The translations under genes and the position numbers were made by a program. 64,000 nucleotides of DNA from Candidatus Uhrbacteria bacterium RIFCSPLOWO2_01_FULL_47_17 (lineage in GTDB: Bacteria; Patescibacteriota; Patescibacteriia; UBA9934; GWF2-40-263): NCBI GenBank assembly GCA_001791305.1, contig MGEI01000003.1, positions 13,926-77,925 on the forward strand, in the 5' to 3' direction. Each line of letters starts with the position of its first letter. Positions within the stretch are counted from its first letter, which is position 1. This document shows, piece by piece, positions 10,309 to 19,439 of the stretch. The notes under the pieces are model-generated. The model did not search any database. It was not told where the DNA came from and was given only the letters and a program-made list of their open reading frames with translations.

Positions 10309-10385
10309 AGGAGGGTCGTGACCCTCATGCGTAGACGAACAAACCTGTTGCGAGAAAAATAGAAATAGAGGAAAATGAGAGACAT

Positions 10386-11630
10386 ATGAAACGTCTCTCA
10401 TTTTTTGGTGTTGCGGTTGCGATTATCATTCTCTCCGCTCTCGGAATTTGGTTCGCGACCCGTCCCACGCCCGCGCCGTCCACATCCACTCCCGCCGCCA
10501 TCTCTCCTGCCGTGCCGGCCGATGCGCCCGCAACCGCATCACTCCTCGTGACGCCCATCGTCGCGTCTGTTGCGATTGCACCTTCCACAAATCCTTCCAC
10601 ATTTCAACCCATTACGGTTCCAACACAAGTCATCTCCGGTGCGCGTGTGAAGACAGATGTGACCGGTCGTGCACTCGTTGAAGGAACAAATACAACCGTC
10701 CTCGATTCAAATAGCGAGATGACGATTGCCGTCCTCGATACGCAAAAAAATCAAACACGTTTACAGCTCGAAGCGGGACAAGTTTGGTCGCGCGTCAAAA
10801 AACTTTCAGATAAGGGTGAGTTTTATGAAATTGAAACACAACTTGCACGCGCTTCCGTTCGAGGGACTTCATTTGGGATGAAGAAGGCTGGTAATGTTAC
10901 AACTGTGTATGTTGTCGAAGGGGTGGTAAATTTTGGATCACTTCCACCGGAAGAAAATATAGGATTTGAATCGATCGATGTCGTTGCAGGAAAAAAGGCT
11001 GTACTCCATGACTGGGATCTAAAACCCGTTGTGAGTGACATCACAGACAAAGATCGTCAGGACGCATGGTATGTATTCAACAATCCAACCAAAGCAACAG
11101 CCGCGGAATTGAATGTGGAGACAAGTTCGCAAACGTTTTTGAATCCTCCCACGAATACATCATCTACCACGGAAACTTCCGTGCCTCCTCGAACTCCAAC
11201 ACAAGCTACGCAATCTCCCACAACTCCTCGATCACCAACGCAAACAGCACAACCGTCAGCAGCGGAACCAGCACAAGAACCAGCTTCGTCGAGTCAGGAA
11301 GTTCAGCCAACAACACCAAATCAAACAATCTCTCCCGCAACGCCGGATTCTCCCGAACTTCTTCTTTCATCCGTTTCACCAAGTTCGCTTGTTGCAAGAA
11401 CCGGAGGAACGCTTACTTTGAAAGGGGCGGGATTTCAGGATGCACAGGTATTTTCCGTTTTTATTGGAAATACGCGCATCACATCTTTTACCACGATCGA
11501 CAATTCGACGATTCGACTAACCGTAAAAGCGTTTCAATTTGAACCGGGTGAATATGATGTCACAGTTGCAGGGGCATCGAACGCAACGGCAACGATTTCT
11601 TCTGCGCTCCTGATCAAATCCCAACCATAA
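10386..11630 (+). CDS. Exported or membrane-anchored protein with FecR-like domain, Pro/Thr/Ser-rich linker and C-terminal IPT/TIG-like domain
   Basis: N-terminal TM/signal anchor; FecR-like block (…ASVRGTSFGMKK…VYVVEGVVNF); low-complexity PT linker; IPT-like C-terminus. Confidence 0.5.
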   Translation: MKRLSFFGVAVAIIILSALGIWFATRPTPAPSTSTPAAISPAVPADAPATASLLVTPIVASVAIAPSTNPSTFQPITVPTQVISGARVKTDVTGRALVEGTNTTVLDSNSEMTIAVLDTQKNQTRLQLEAGQVWSRVKKLSDKGEFYEIETQLARASVRGTSFGMKKAGNVTTVYVVEGVVNFGSLPPEENIGFESIDVVAGKKAVLHDWDLKPVVSDITDKDRQDAWYVFNNPTKATAAELNVETSSQTFLNPPTNTSSTTETSVPPRTPTQATQSPTTPRSPTQTAQPSAAEPAQEPASSSQEVQPTTPNQTISPATPDSPELLLSSVSPSSLVARTGGTLTLKGAGFQDAQVFSVFIGNTRITSFTTIDNSTIRLTVKAFQFEPGEYDVTVAGASNATATISSALLIKSQP

Positions 11631-11639
11631 TTTTTTTAC

Positions 11640-13553
11640 ATGCGACATTCAAAACAATGGGCACCATTTATCGCATTTGTTCTCTGCACTATTTTGATTG
11701 TAGAGATTCCATTTGCGTTTGGACTGTTTCACACCGTGCAAGAAAAAATGACCGACCGATTATTTTTGAATCGACCTCCATCGCAAGATGTCGTGATTGT
11801 GGCGATCGATGATGCGAGCCTTCTCGAAATTGGACAATGGCCGTGGCCACGTGTGGTGTTTGCAGAAGCGCTCGATCAACTCACAAAACATACGGATGAG
11901 AAACCGCGTGCCATTGGTGTGGATGTCAGTTTTTCGGAACCCTCGAGTATTGGTTCCGTTGATGATCAAGCGCTCGTACGGACATTGGAAGATGCACAGG
12001 CTCGCGGTGTTCCGATCATTCTGCCGATCGATGTTGGATCGAAGAACCAGTTGATCAGCCAACCCCTCGCACCATTTCTTCCATCCACAAAACAAGGATT
12101 TATCGACAGCCCGATTGATGGCGATGGAGTGGTGCGTCGTGCGGAAACGCGGCGCGGCGCATATCAAAGTTTTGCGCATGCGCTTATCGGAGGTGATGCG
12201 CCCGATGCGTATCGCATCGATTATCATGGAACAAATGGATTCGTAACCGTTCCATTCACGGATGTTTTACATGGCCGCATTCCGGCGCGGATTTTTGCAA
12301 ATAAGATTGTGCTGTTTGGAGCCACTGCACCAAACTTGCACGACTTCGTTGCGACTCCATTCAACCAAATGCCGGGCGTTACATTGAATGCAAATCAGGT
12401 TGAAACCTTACGCGAAGGGAAATTTTTTCATGATGTGGATCCTCGCATCATGTACGGGGTGCTGGCTCTCATCGTCCTTCTCACGTGTTTGATTGTGCGT
12501 TTTGCGAAACGCCTGCGCACGCTCGTGCTGAGTCTCGTCGTGATTTTTTTCGTCCTCATCATCGACGCATCCATTGCATTTGGGATGTACACCATCGTTC
12601 CGATCTTTTACGAACTCCTTGCGTTCGCGTTTTCGATCATCACCGCGCTTGCGTTCCATTACATCACTACCGCAAAAGAAAAAGCGTTCATCAAAAATAG
12701 TTTTCAGTATTATTTGACACCGCACGTGATTGATCAGATTTTGAAAGATCCGGAGAAACTGAAGCTTGGTGGAGAGAAACGCAACATGACGATTTTGTTT
12801 TCCGACATTCGTGGATTCACCACGATCTCGGAAGCCCTCACGCCAGAAGAACTCACACAGTTGTTGAACGACTATCTCACGGCGATGACCGATATCATCA
12901 TGGATGAAAACGGCGTAGTTGATAAATACATCGGCGACGCGGTTATGGCTTTCTGGGGCGCGCCGCTTGATAATGCGGCACACGCATCTGATGCATGTCG
13001 AAGTGCTGTCCTCATGATGAAGCGACTTCGAGAATTCAATGCGCAATCAAAAACTCCATTGAATATCGGTATTGGATTGAATACCGGTGACGTTGTTGTT
13101 GGAAACATGGGTTCGCGCAAGCGTTTTAACTACACGGTGATGGGGGATGAAGTGAATCTTGCATCGCGTCTCGAAAGTTTAACGAAGTACTATCGCGTGA
13201 GTATTCTCGTCACGGAGGCAACACGTGACGCGGCGGAGAAACAGAACGAGGGAACACAATTGCATTTTCGCGAACTGGATCTTGTGATTGTAAAAGGGAA
13301 AAAAGAACCAAAGAAAATTTTTGAGTTGATCGTCGATGAGCCAAGTGAGGTTCTTGATCAAGCGCTCGAGCATTTCCAATCGGGCCGCCTCGCATACGCA
13401 CAAGGAAACTGGGATGCAGCGATTTCCGCATTTCAAAAAGCCATCGCGCTTCATGACGATGGCCCTTCGCACTTGTTTATCGAGAGATGCGAGAAGTTGA
13501 AATTTCATCCACCCGAAGATTGGAATGGGGTGTATGCGTTTGAATCGAAATAA
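11640..13553 (+). CDS. CHASE2 sensor domain / class III adenylate-guanylate cyclase with C-terminal TPR-like region
   Basis: N-terminal TM plus CHASE2-like periplasmic region, TM cluster, cyclase catalytic block FSDIRGFTTISE...KYIGDAVMAFWGAP. Confidence 0.8.
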   Translation: MRHSKQWAPFIAFVLCTILIVEIPFAFGLFHTVQEKMTDRLFLNRPPSQDVVIVAIDDASLLEIGQWPWPRVVFAEALDQLTKHTDEKPRAIGVDVSFSEPSSIGSVDDQALVRTLEDAQARGVPIILPIDVGSKNQLISQPLAPFLPSTKQGFIDSPIDGDGVVRRAETRRGAYQSFAHALIGGDAPDAYRIDYHGTNGFVTVPFTDVLHGRIPARIFANKIVLFGATAPNLHDFVATPFNQMPGVTLNANQVETLREGKFFHDVDPRIMYGVLALIVLLTCLIVRFAKRLRTLVLSLVVIFFVLIIDASIAFGMYTIVPIFYELLAFAFSIITALAFHYITTAKEKAFIKNSFQYYLTPHVIDQILKDPEKLKLGGEKRNMTILFSDIRGFTTISEALTPEELTQLLNDYLTAMTDIIMDENGVVDKYIGDAVMAFWGAPLDNAAHASDACRSAVLMMKRLREFNAQSKTPLNIGIGLNTGDVVVGNMGSRKRFNYTVMGDEVNLASRLESLTKYYRVSILVTEATRDAAEKQNEGTQLHFRELDLVIVKGKKEPKKIFELIVDEPSEVLDQALEHFQSGRLAYAQGNWDAAISAFQKAIALHDDGPSHLFIERCEKLKFHPPEDWNGVYAFESK

Positions 13554-13555
13554 AT

Positions 13556-14074
13556 TTATTCAACAACCAGCGTCCCCACCATTCCCATCGCACGATGGTT
13601 ACCGATGTCGCAATAGAATGGATAAGAACCCGGGGTTGTTGGGACAACAAATTCAAATCCAGATCCGTCTTTCACGGGTACGTTCACTTTTGCTTCGTCA
13701 ATAACAAATGTGTGTGTTCCAACATTGCCACGGAAATCAACACGTAACTTTTCTCCAGGTTTTGCTTTAATGATTTTAGGTTCAAAAAAGAAATTTCCTG
13801 ATTTGAGATCAATTGTTCTGACGGAATTTCCCGCATTGAGTTTAACATCAATAATTGGAGTCCCTTCATCATCTCGTTCAATATTTTTTACCTCTTTTCC
13901 ATCTTTTCCAACGACAATACTCTGTTCCGATGTTGTTCCATCTGAGTTTATTGTTGTAAATGAAACTTCTGGTGCTGATGTTTGAACAGTGTCTTCATTT
14001 GTTTGAACCGGCGTTTTTGCACATCCGGCGCCAATGAATACGAAAATAGATAGGGCGAAAATGATTTTTTTCAT
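13556..14074 (-). CDS. Lipoprotein cupredoxin (type-1 blue copper protein, plastocyanin/azurin-like)
   Basis: Lipobox FIGAGC; C-terminal YPFYCDIGNHRAMGMVG with the Cys-His-Met copper ligands. Confidence 0.7.
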   Translation of the reverse strand: MKKIIFALSIFVFIGAGCAKTPVQTNEDTVQTSAPEVSFTTINSDGTTSEQSIVVGKDGKEVKNIERDDEGTPIIDVKLNAGNSVRTIDLKSGNFFFEPKIIKAKPGEKLRVDFRGNVGTHTFVIDEAKVNVPVKDGSGFEFVVPTTPGSYPFYCDIGNHRAMGMVGTLVVE

Positions 14075-14096
14075 AGAATATGGTTAAATTTGTTTC

Positions 14097-15398
14097 ATGA
14101 TAACAGATCCTATCAAAATAAAGAATGGAGCGCTACCCGACGGTCCTGGGGTGTATTTTTATTTTGATAAAGCAAATCAGCTGCTCTATGTCGGCAAAGC
14201 GACGTCGCTCAAGTCTCGAGTTGGCTCATATTTCTCGAATAAACGTCTCGATCCGCGCATTTCGGAAATGGTTTCGCATATCATCCGGATCGACTACATC
14301 GAAACACCATCGGTTCTCGAAGCCCTCGTCCTCGAGGCGAACCAAATCAAAGCAAAGAAACCGAAGTACAATATTCTCCAGCGCGATGACAAAAGTTATC
14401 TTTACTTGTGCATCACGAATGAGGATTTTCCGCGTCCCGTTTTTCTCCGCGGCCACGAACTCGAAAAGTTTGGTGTGAAGCCGTTCGACAAGGAACTCTC
14501 TCGAGAAGCAAAGAAAAAGTTTTTGCGTGTGTTCGGTCCCTACACAAGTGGCGTCTCGCTCAAGCGCGCCCTCGAGTTGATTCGCCCCATGATTACGTGG
14601 AGCATGTGCGAGCCCAATGCGAAACGCGCATGCTTCGACTATCAACTCAAAAAATGTCCTGGCGTTTGTGTTGGCGCCATCTCGAAAAAAGAATACCGAC
14701 ATACGATCAAACAACTCATCCAATTTTTTGAAGGAAAAAAGACAGCGATCGTGCGCGACATGACAAAGGAAATGAACGCGGCGTCTCGAGCATTGCGATT
14801 CGAGGCGGCGGCGTTACTCCGCAAAAAGATTTTCGCGCTCGAGCATATTCGCGATGTCGCGCTGCTTACAAAAGAAGATTACGCACTGCCTATCGAGAAG
14901 CTCTCGGGTGATACGATTGACTTCGATGGTCGCATTGAGGCATATGACAACTCGAACATATCCGGAACAAGTCCCGTTGCATCCATGACCGTGTTTCTCG
15001 ACGGCAAACCAGCAAAGCATCTCTATCGCAAATTCAAAATCAAAACGGTTGTTGGCGCGAATGATGTCGCGACCATGGAAGAAGTACTACGTCGACGCCT
15101 CGCTCGTCTCGGAACAAAAGGCTGGGAACGACCAGAAGTGATGATCATTGATGGGGGAGAGCCGCAAGTGAATCGCGTCCAAGAAGTTCTTGATGAGTTG
15201 CATCTCGAGATTCCGATCATCGGAATTGCAAAAGGATTCGACAGAAAACAAGATCGACTGGTGTTTGATCGCACAAACAAAGATTTGGCGCGTGCAGCCG
15301 TTCGCGGAAAAGAAATTTTCCAACGTGTACGAGATGAAGTACACCGATTCGCCATCACGTTTCATCGCGCTCGACGATCAAAAAACTTCCTCCCCTAA
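14097..15398 (+). CDS. uvrC: Excinuclease ABC subunit C, short form lacking the C-terminal (HhH)2 domain
   Basis: GIY-YIG (GVYFYFDKANQLLYVGKATSLKSRV), UVR domain (EAAALLRKKIFALEHI), RNase H-like endonuclease domain; 433 aa. Confidence 0.85.
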   Translation: MITDPIKIKNGALPDGPGVYFYFDKANQLLYVGKATSLKSRVGSYFSNKRLDPRISEMVSHIIRIDYIETPSVLEALVLEANQIKAKKPKYNILQRDDKSYLYLCITNEDFPRPVFLRGHELEKFGVKPFDKELSREAKKKFLRVFGPYTSGVSLKRALELIRPMITWSMCEPNAKRACFDYQLKKCPGVCVGAISKKEYRHTIKQLIQFFEGKKTAIVRDMTKEMNAASRALRFEAAALLRKKIFALEHIRDVALLTKEDYALPIEKLSGDTIDFDGRIEAYDNSNISGTSPVASMTVFLDGKPAKHLYRKFKIKTVVGANDVATMEEVLRRRLARLGTKGWERPEVMIIDGGEPQVNRVQEVLDELHLEIPIIGIAKGFDRKQDRLVFDRTNKDLARAAVRGKEIFQRVRDEVHRFAITFHRARRSKNFLP

Positions 15399-15430
15399 GA
15401 ATAAGATGATTTTTTTGGTACAATACAACC

Positions 15431-16486
15431 ATGCATTTCAAGGCTATCAAGCATTTTTTTGAAAAACACGAACGTCTGCTCATGCCAGCGACGTTGATTT
15501 TGGGTACGGCGGTTGATTTTGTGACGTTTCTCACGATTAACATTGAAGCAACGTTTTGGATTTTGGGCGTCTATTATTGTGTTGCCGCAGGGTGTATTTT
15601 TGTTTTGAATACACGTAAAGAAGAGCGTTTGCGGTTGCTCGCAAAATTTCTCATGCAATTCACGTTTGGTGCGCTGCTCAGTGCCTCGCTCGTCTTCTAC
15701 TGGTTCAGCGGCGCCATTTCCGTCAGCTGGCCGATCATGATTTTGCTCGCGCTGCTCATGGTTTCAAATGAAGTGTTCAAAGAATATTATTTGAAACCCA
15801 TCGTCCAAATCAGTGCGTTTTATTTTGTATCGTTTTCGCTTGCTGCACTCATGTTGCCGTACGCTCGTAATTCCTTAGACCCCATTTGGTTTGTTGTTGC
15901 TGGTGTCGCGAGTTTTCTTCTTGTGTGGGGACTCATGACGCTTCTTGGTCACGAGGCAAATAAAGTTCGAGACGCACACAAATACACATTCATGATCATG
16001 GTGAGTATTTTTCTGGGTGTACAGGTTTTGTATTTTACAAATGTCATTCCGCCCATTCCACTTTCACTTCGCGAGGCGGGAGTTTATCACAACATTGTGC
16101 GCGTTGGGGACACGTATAAATTACGTGCGGAGGAGCAGACGTTTTTTGAACGGCTTGATCCCATTCAAACCGTTCATCTCACAAAAAATGATCGCGTCTT
16201 TTTGTACTCATCCATTTTTGCTCCCCTACAGCTAAACACGCAAATTTTTCATCGCTGGCAATATTTTGATTCTGAGAAACGTCAGTGGATCGATTCATCT
16301 CGACACGGATTTTTTATTACCGGTGGACGACAAGGTGGGTTTCGCGGATATTCCTTAAAGATCAATCCAACGCCAGGAATTTGGCGTGTTCAAGTCGAAA
16401 CAACCCGCCGGCAAGTGCTCGGACGCATAAAGTTTCGCGTCGAAGTTGTGAGCGAAGAGCCAACGTTGGTTGAAATTGAGCGCTAA
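15431..16486 (+). CDS. Hypothetical polytopic membrane protein with a soluble C-terminal domain
   Basis: About 6 hydrophobic helices then a 130-aa C-terminal domain; no confident family assignment. Confidence 0.45.
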   Translation: MHFKAIKHFFEKHERLLMPATLILGTAVDFVTFLTINIEATFWILGVYYCVAAGCIFVLNTRKEERLRLLAKFLMQFTFGALLSASLVFYWFSGAISVSWPIMILLALLMVSNEVFKEYYLKPIVQISAFYFVSFSLAALMLPYARNSLDPIWFVVAGVASFLLVWGLMTLLGHEANKVRDAHKYTFMIMVSIFLGVQVLYFTNVIPPIPLSLREAGVYHNIVRVGDTYKLRAEEQTFFERLDPIQTVHLTKNDRVFLYSSIFAPLQLNTQIFHRWQYFDSEKRQWIDSSRHGFFITGGRQGGFRGYSLKINPTPGIWRVQVETTRRQVLGRIKFRVEVVSEEPTLVEIER

Positions 16487-16520
16487 GAATGATTGACAAA
16501 TCATTCTTTTTGCTTTACAT

Positions 16521-16617
16521 TGTGTCATTCCGACCGAGGAGTCTTCGAGGAGTGGAGGAATCCCGTAAACAAACGAGATTCCTCGGCTACGGTCGAACCT
16601 TCGCTCGGGATGACACA
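16521..16617. repeat. MITE-like palindromic element family C copy 1 (TIR GTGTCATYCCGASCGAGG)
   Basis: gtgtcattccgaccgaggag...cgctcgggatgacacag; reverse-orientation copy at 53914-54003. Confidence 0.5.
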
Positions 16618-16632
16618 GTCCACGGAGGAACC

Positions 16633-17070
16633 ATGAGTGTTCTGAAACGTCTCGCGGCAAATTTGGCTCTCGGTGATTTGCTTCAAGATTTACATCGTAC
16701 AATCGGTCCTTCGCGACCCGTGACAGTTTGGAAGCAAACATGTAGCCACAGCGATGTCGTGATTCGCGTGCATGATCGGAAGGATTTACCGGGTCACATT
16801 CTCGTGATCGCGATTGATTGCAATGGGGGCGTCAAAGAAGTTCTATGCTTCGACGAAGTTCCAGATCGCTGGGCGCTCTGGCATTGGCGGTGCCCCTCGA
16901 ACCCCGAGTTCAAAGGCGACATCCCGCCACTTCTCGACAGTGCCCGAACCCAACACTGGTTCGACCCAAACGAAATCTGTGACGACAACAGTTATTGCGA
17001 ACTCCGACCCGAATTCCGCCAGCGCCAACGCGGTGGCGGATTCGTACCGATCGGCGATCCGCTTGCGTAA
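16633..17070 (+). CDS. Hypothetical protein (Cys/Trp-containing, function unknown)
   Basis: ORF 16489..17070 trimmed to the ATG at 16633 with a GGAGGA SD; upstream part of the ORF is the family C repeat. Confidence 0.35.
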   Translation: MSVLKRLAANLALGDLLQDLHRTIGPSRPVTVWKQTCSHSDVVIRVHDRKDLPGHILVIAIDCNGGVKEVLCFDEVPDRWALWHWRCPSNPEFKGDIPPLLDSARTQHWFDPNEICDDNSYCELRPEFRQRQRGGGFVPIGDPLA

Positions 17071-17119
17071 GCTATTCTGAACCCATCACGGGTTCTTTTT
17101 TTGTCATGATTTTATTTTT

Positions 17120-17344
17120 ATGATACGTTTTATCTGTATGACACTTAAATTAATGAATGAAAAATTACAAAAATTGAATCGTCGTGTGCGCACACTTGAA
17201 CAAAAAGTGGAAGATCCACTTGCGTCCATGCCAAGTCGTGAGAAAACTCAAGCGGCATTCAAGGCAGCATATGGTATTTGGGCAAAGAATCCGCGAACGC
17301 CGGCTGATTTGAAACGATTACGTAAACGCCTCGGATACGATTAA
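17120..17344 (+). CDS. Putative antitoxin partner of the PIN toxin (small coiled-coil protein)
   Basis: 74-aa ORF ending 3 nt before the PIN gene; Lys/Arg-rich; start may be the internal ATG near 17138 or 17153. Confidence 0.4.
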   Translation: MIRFICMTLKLMNEKLQKLNRRVRTLEQKVEDPLASMPSREKTQAAFKAAYGIWAKNPRTPADLKRLRKRLGYD

Positions 17345-17347
17345 TCT

Positions 17348-17704
17348 ATGATGCGTGTTCTTTTGGATTCAAATATTTTGATTGGTGTCTTGAACGGCTT
17401 GATTGATTGGGATTCTTCCTCTGCTTCTGATCTGACTTTTGTTTCCACAATGTCTGTGATGGAGGTTTTTGCGTTCTCCGGATTATCTGAACAAGAAAAA
17501 AAGACGATCGACCTTATGCTGGGGAATGTTATTCTAACGCCAGTATCCTACTCCATCGCGAAACGTGCCGGAGAGCTCGCTCGAACCCGGCGAATCGGAA
17601 AGGCCGATCTTCTCATTGCTGCAACAGCGCTCGAACTCGGATTGCCGCTCATGACCCGCAATGTGAAAGATTTTAAAAAGATTCCAGGTTTGAAACTCAT
17701 TTAG
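17348..17704 (+). CDS. vapC: PIN-domain ribonuclease toxin (VapC-like)
   Basis: MRVLLDSNILIGVL...LLIAATALELGLPLMTRNVKDF has the PIN acidic residue pattern and size. Confidence 0.75.
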   Translation: MMRVLLDSNILIGVLNGLIDWDSSSASDLTFVSTMSVMEVFAFSGLSEQEKKTIDLMLGNVILTPVSYSIAKRAGELARTRRIGKADLLIAATALELGLPLMTRNVKDFKKIPGLKLI

Positions 17705-17777
17705 TTGGTTTTTTTAAAAGAGTTCTCGTCGAGGACTCTTTTTTGTCGGTTATCCACAGCTTGCGTGGAACTTTGTG

Positions 17778-17806
17778 TTGACCCGTGGTTCGGCGTGGTT
17801 TAAAAT
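17778..17806 (+). promoter_or_regulatory. mraZ promoter TTGACC-N17-TAAAAT embedded in three GTGG direct repeats (putative MraZ operator)
   Basis: cGTGGaactttgtgTTGACCcGTGGttcggcGTGGttTAAAAT; the last two GTGG are 10 bp apart, as known for MraZ binding repeats. Confidence 0.45.
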
Positions 17807-17897
17807 GGTTGCAAGTGGTACAGAGTGGGGATCGGATGAACATCCGGTGCTCGCTTTTTTTCTAAAAAATTAAGCCACCACTTAACCCGCATCTTCT

Positions 17898-18329
17898 GTG
17901 TTCATAGGCGAGTATAAACACAACTTAGATGACAAAGGCCGCCTTGCGATTCCTACAAAGTTTCGCGCGGACTTGTCGAAAGGTGCGGTCGTTACTCGAG
18001 GTCTCGACACGTCTCTTTTTCTGTTCCCCAAGGAGGAGTGGGATAAGCTTGCGGAAAAGCTCGCAAGTTTGCCCCTGGGGCAATCAAATTCACGCGCCTT
18101 CGCCCGACTCATGCTTGCGGGTGCCATGGACGTGGAGGTTGATAAACAGGGAAGAGTCATGTTACCGGAATATCTCCGAGTGTACGCAGGACTTCAAAAG
18201 TCAGTGATCATCGCCGGACTCTACACACGTCTCGAACTTTGGGACGAAGCCACTTGGAACGCGTATAAATCCAAGATGGAGGAGGATGCAGAGTCCGTCG
18301 CTGAACAACTGGGGGAGTTGGGCGTGTAA
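17898..18329 (+). CDS. mraZ: Transcriptional regulator MraZ
   Basis: GTG start; MFIGEYKHNLDDKGRLAIPTKFR...two DXXXR-type repeats; first gene of the dcw cluster. Confidence 0.85.
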   Translation: MFIGEYKHNLDDKGRLAIPTKFRADLSKGAVVTRGLDTSLFLFPKEEWDKLAEKLASLPLGQSNSRAFARLMLAGAMDVEVDKQGRVMLPEYLRVYAGLQKSVIIAGLYTRLELWDEATWNAYKSKMEEDAESVAEQLGELGV

Positions 18330-18337
18330 CTCGGAGG

Positions 18338-18520
18338 GCCGGGAGGGAAGAAAACAGAGTGATTGAGTGAATGAGTGGAAGAGTGAATGAAAGAAGGCAG
18401 CTATTTGTTTAATGAGACAAGAAACAAATATGTTTCACGTTTCAAAAATAGTTAATTGTTTTTCCACCATCACTCTTCCACTCCATCACTCTTTCACTTT
18501 GCCTTTCCTCCCCTCCCGGC
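18338..18520. repeat. Imperfect long palindromic element, family D copy 2 (GAGTGAA-type repeats), between mraZ and rsmH
   Basis: gccgggagggaag...gagtgattgagtgaatgagtggaagagtgaatgaaag ... ccaccatcactcttccactccatcactctttcac...cctcccggc, with nested AT-rich central hairpin. Confidence 0.45.
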
Positions 18521-18541
18521 TAATAAGTCTGACAAGAATAT

Positions 18542-19417
18542 ATGACCAAGATCCAACATATTCCTGTCTTACTTGAGGAGGTACTGACCTACCTTCGACC
18601 GGAGCCGAATCAGGTTTTTATTGACGGAACCGTGGGGCAGGGAGGACACGCAGATGCCATCGCATCTCGTATCCTTCCTGGGGGCCGTCTTCTCGCGATC
18701 GATCGTGATCCAGTGAATCTGGCGATCGCAAGCGAGCGTTTAGAGAATTACAGCGATCGAATCGTTTATGTAAACGATTCGTATGCCAATGTAACCGAGC
18801 TTGCACTCGAGCATGATTTCAATCAGGCAAACGGAATGCTTCTCGATTTGGGATATTCCAGTTTGCATATTGAAGATGCATCACGTGGATTTTCTTTTAT
18901 GAAAGAAGGTCCGCTTGATATGCGTTATGATCCAACGTCGGACGTAACCGCCGCAAATATCGTGCAGGAGTGGAGTGAAGAATCATTGGCGAAGATCTTT
19001 CGCATCTATGGCGAAGAAGTGCGTGCTGCGCAGATTGCGCGCGTGATCTGTGAATCTCGACGTCACACTGCAATCGACACAACTACCGATCTCGCGAATC
19101 TCGTGACGACGGTTGTCCATGCGCACGGACCGATTCATCCGGCAACGAAAGTGTTTCAAGCACTCAGAATTGCGGTGAATGATGAACTCGGCGAACTCGA
19201 ACGCGCGCTTCCGCAATGTGTGGATGTGCTTGCAAGTGGAGGACGCCTGGGAATCATTACGTTCCATTCGCTCGAAGATCGCATTGTCAAAAACTTTTTC
19301 AAGTCGTATCCCGGCTTGGAGATTGTGACGAAGCGTCCTGTTGCACCATCTCGAGAAGAGGTAAAAGCGAATCCTCGATCAAGAAGCGCAAAATTGCGCG
19401 TCGCAGTAAAAAAATAA
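18542..19417 (+). CDS. rsmH: 16S rRNA (cytosine1402-N4)-methyltransferase
   Basis: MTKIQHIPVLLEEVL...FIDGTVGQGGHA...FHSLEDRIVK are classic RsmH/MraW motifs. Confidence 0.9.
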   Translation: MTKIQHIPVLLEEVLTYLRPEPNQVFIDGTVGQGGHADAIASRILPGGRLLAIDRDPVNLAIASERLENYSDRIVYVNDSYANVTELALEHDFNQANGMLLDLGYSSLHIEDASRGFSFMKEGPLDMRYDPTSDVTAANIVQEWSEESLAKIFRIYGEEVRAAQIARVICESRRHTAIDTTTDLANLVTTVVHAHGPIHPATKVFQALRIAVNDELGELERALPQCVDVLASGGRLGIITFHSLEDRIVKNFFKSYPGLEIVTKRPVAPSREEVKANPRSRSAKLRVAVKK

Positions 19418-19439
19418 AAATAAAAATAGCCCCCACGCT

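Noticed and set aside
16489-16632. N-terminal 48 codons of ORF 16489..17070
   Set aside because: This stretch is the family C palindromic repeat. A well-positioned SD and ATG at 16633 follow it, so the ORF was trimmed.
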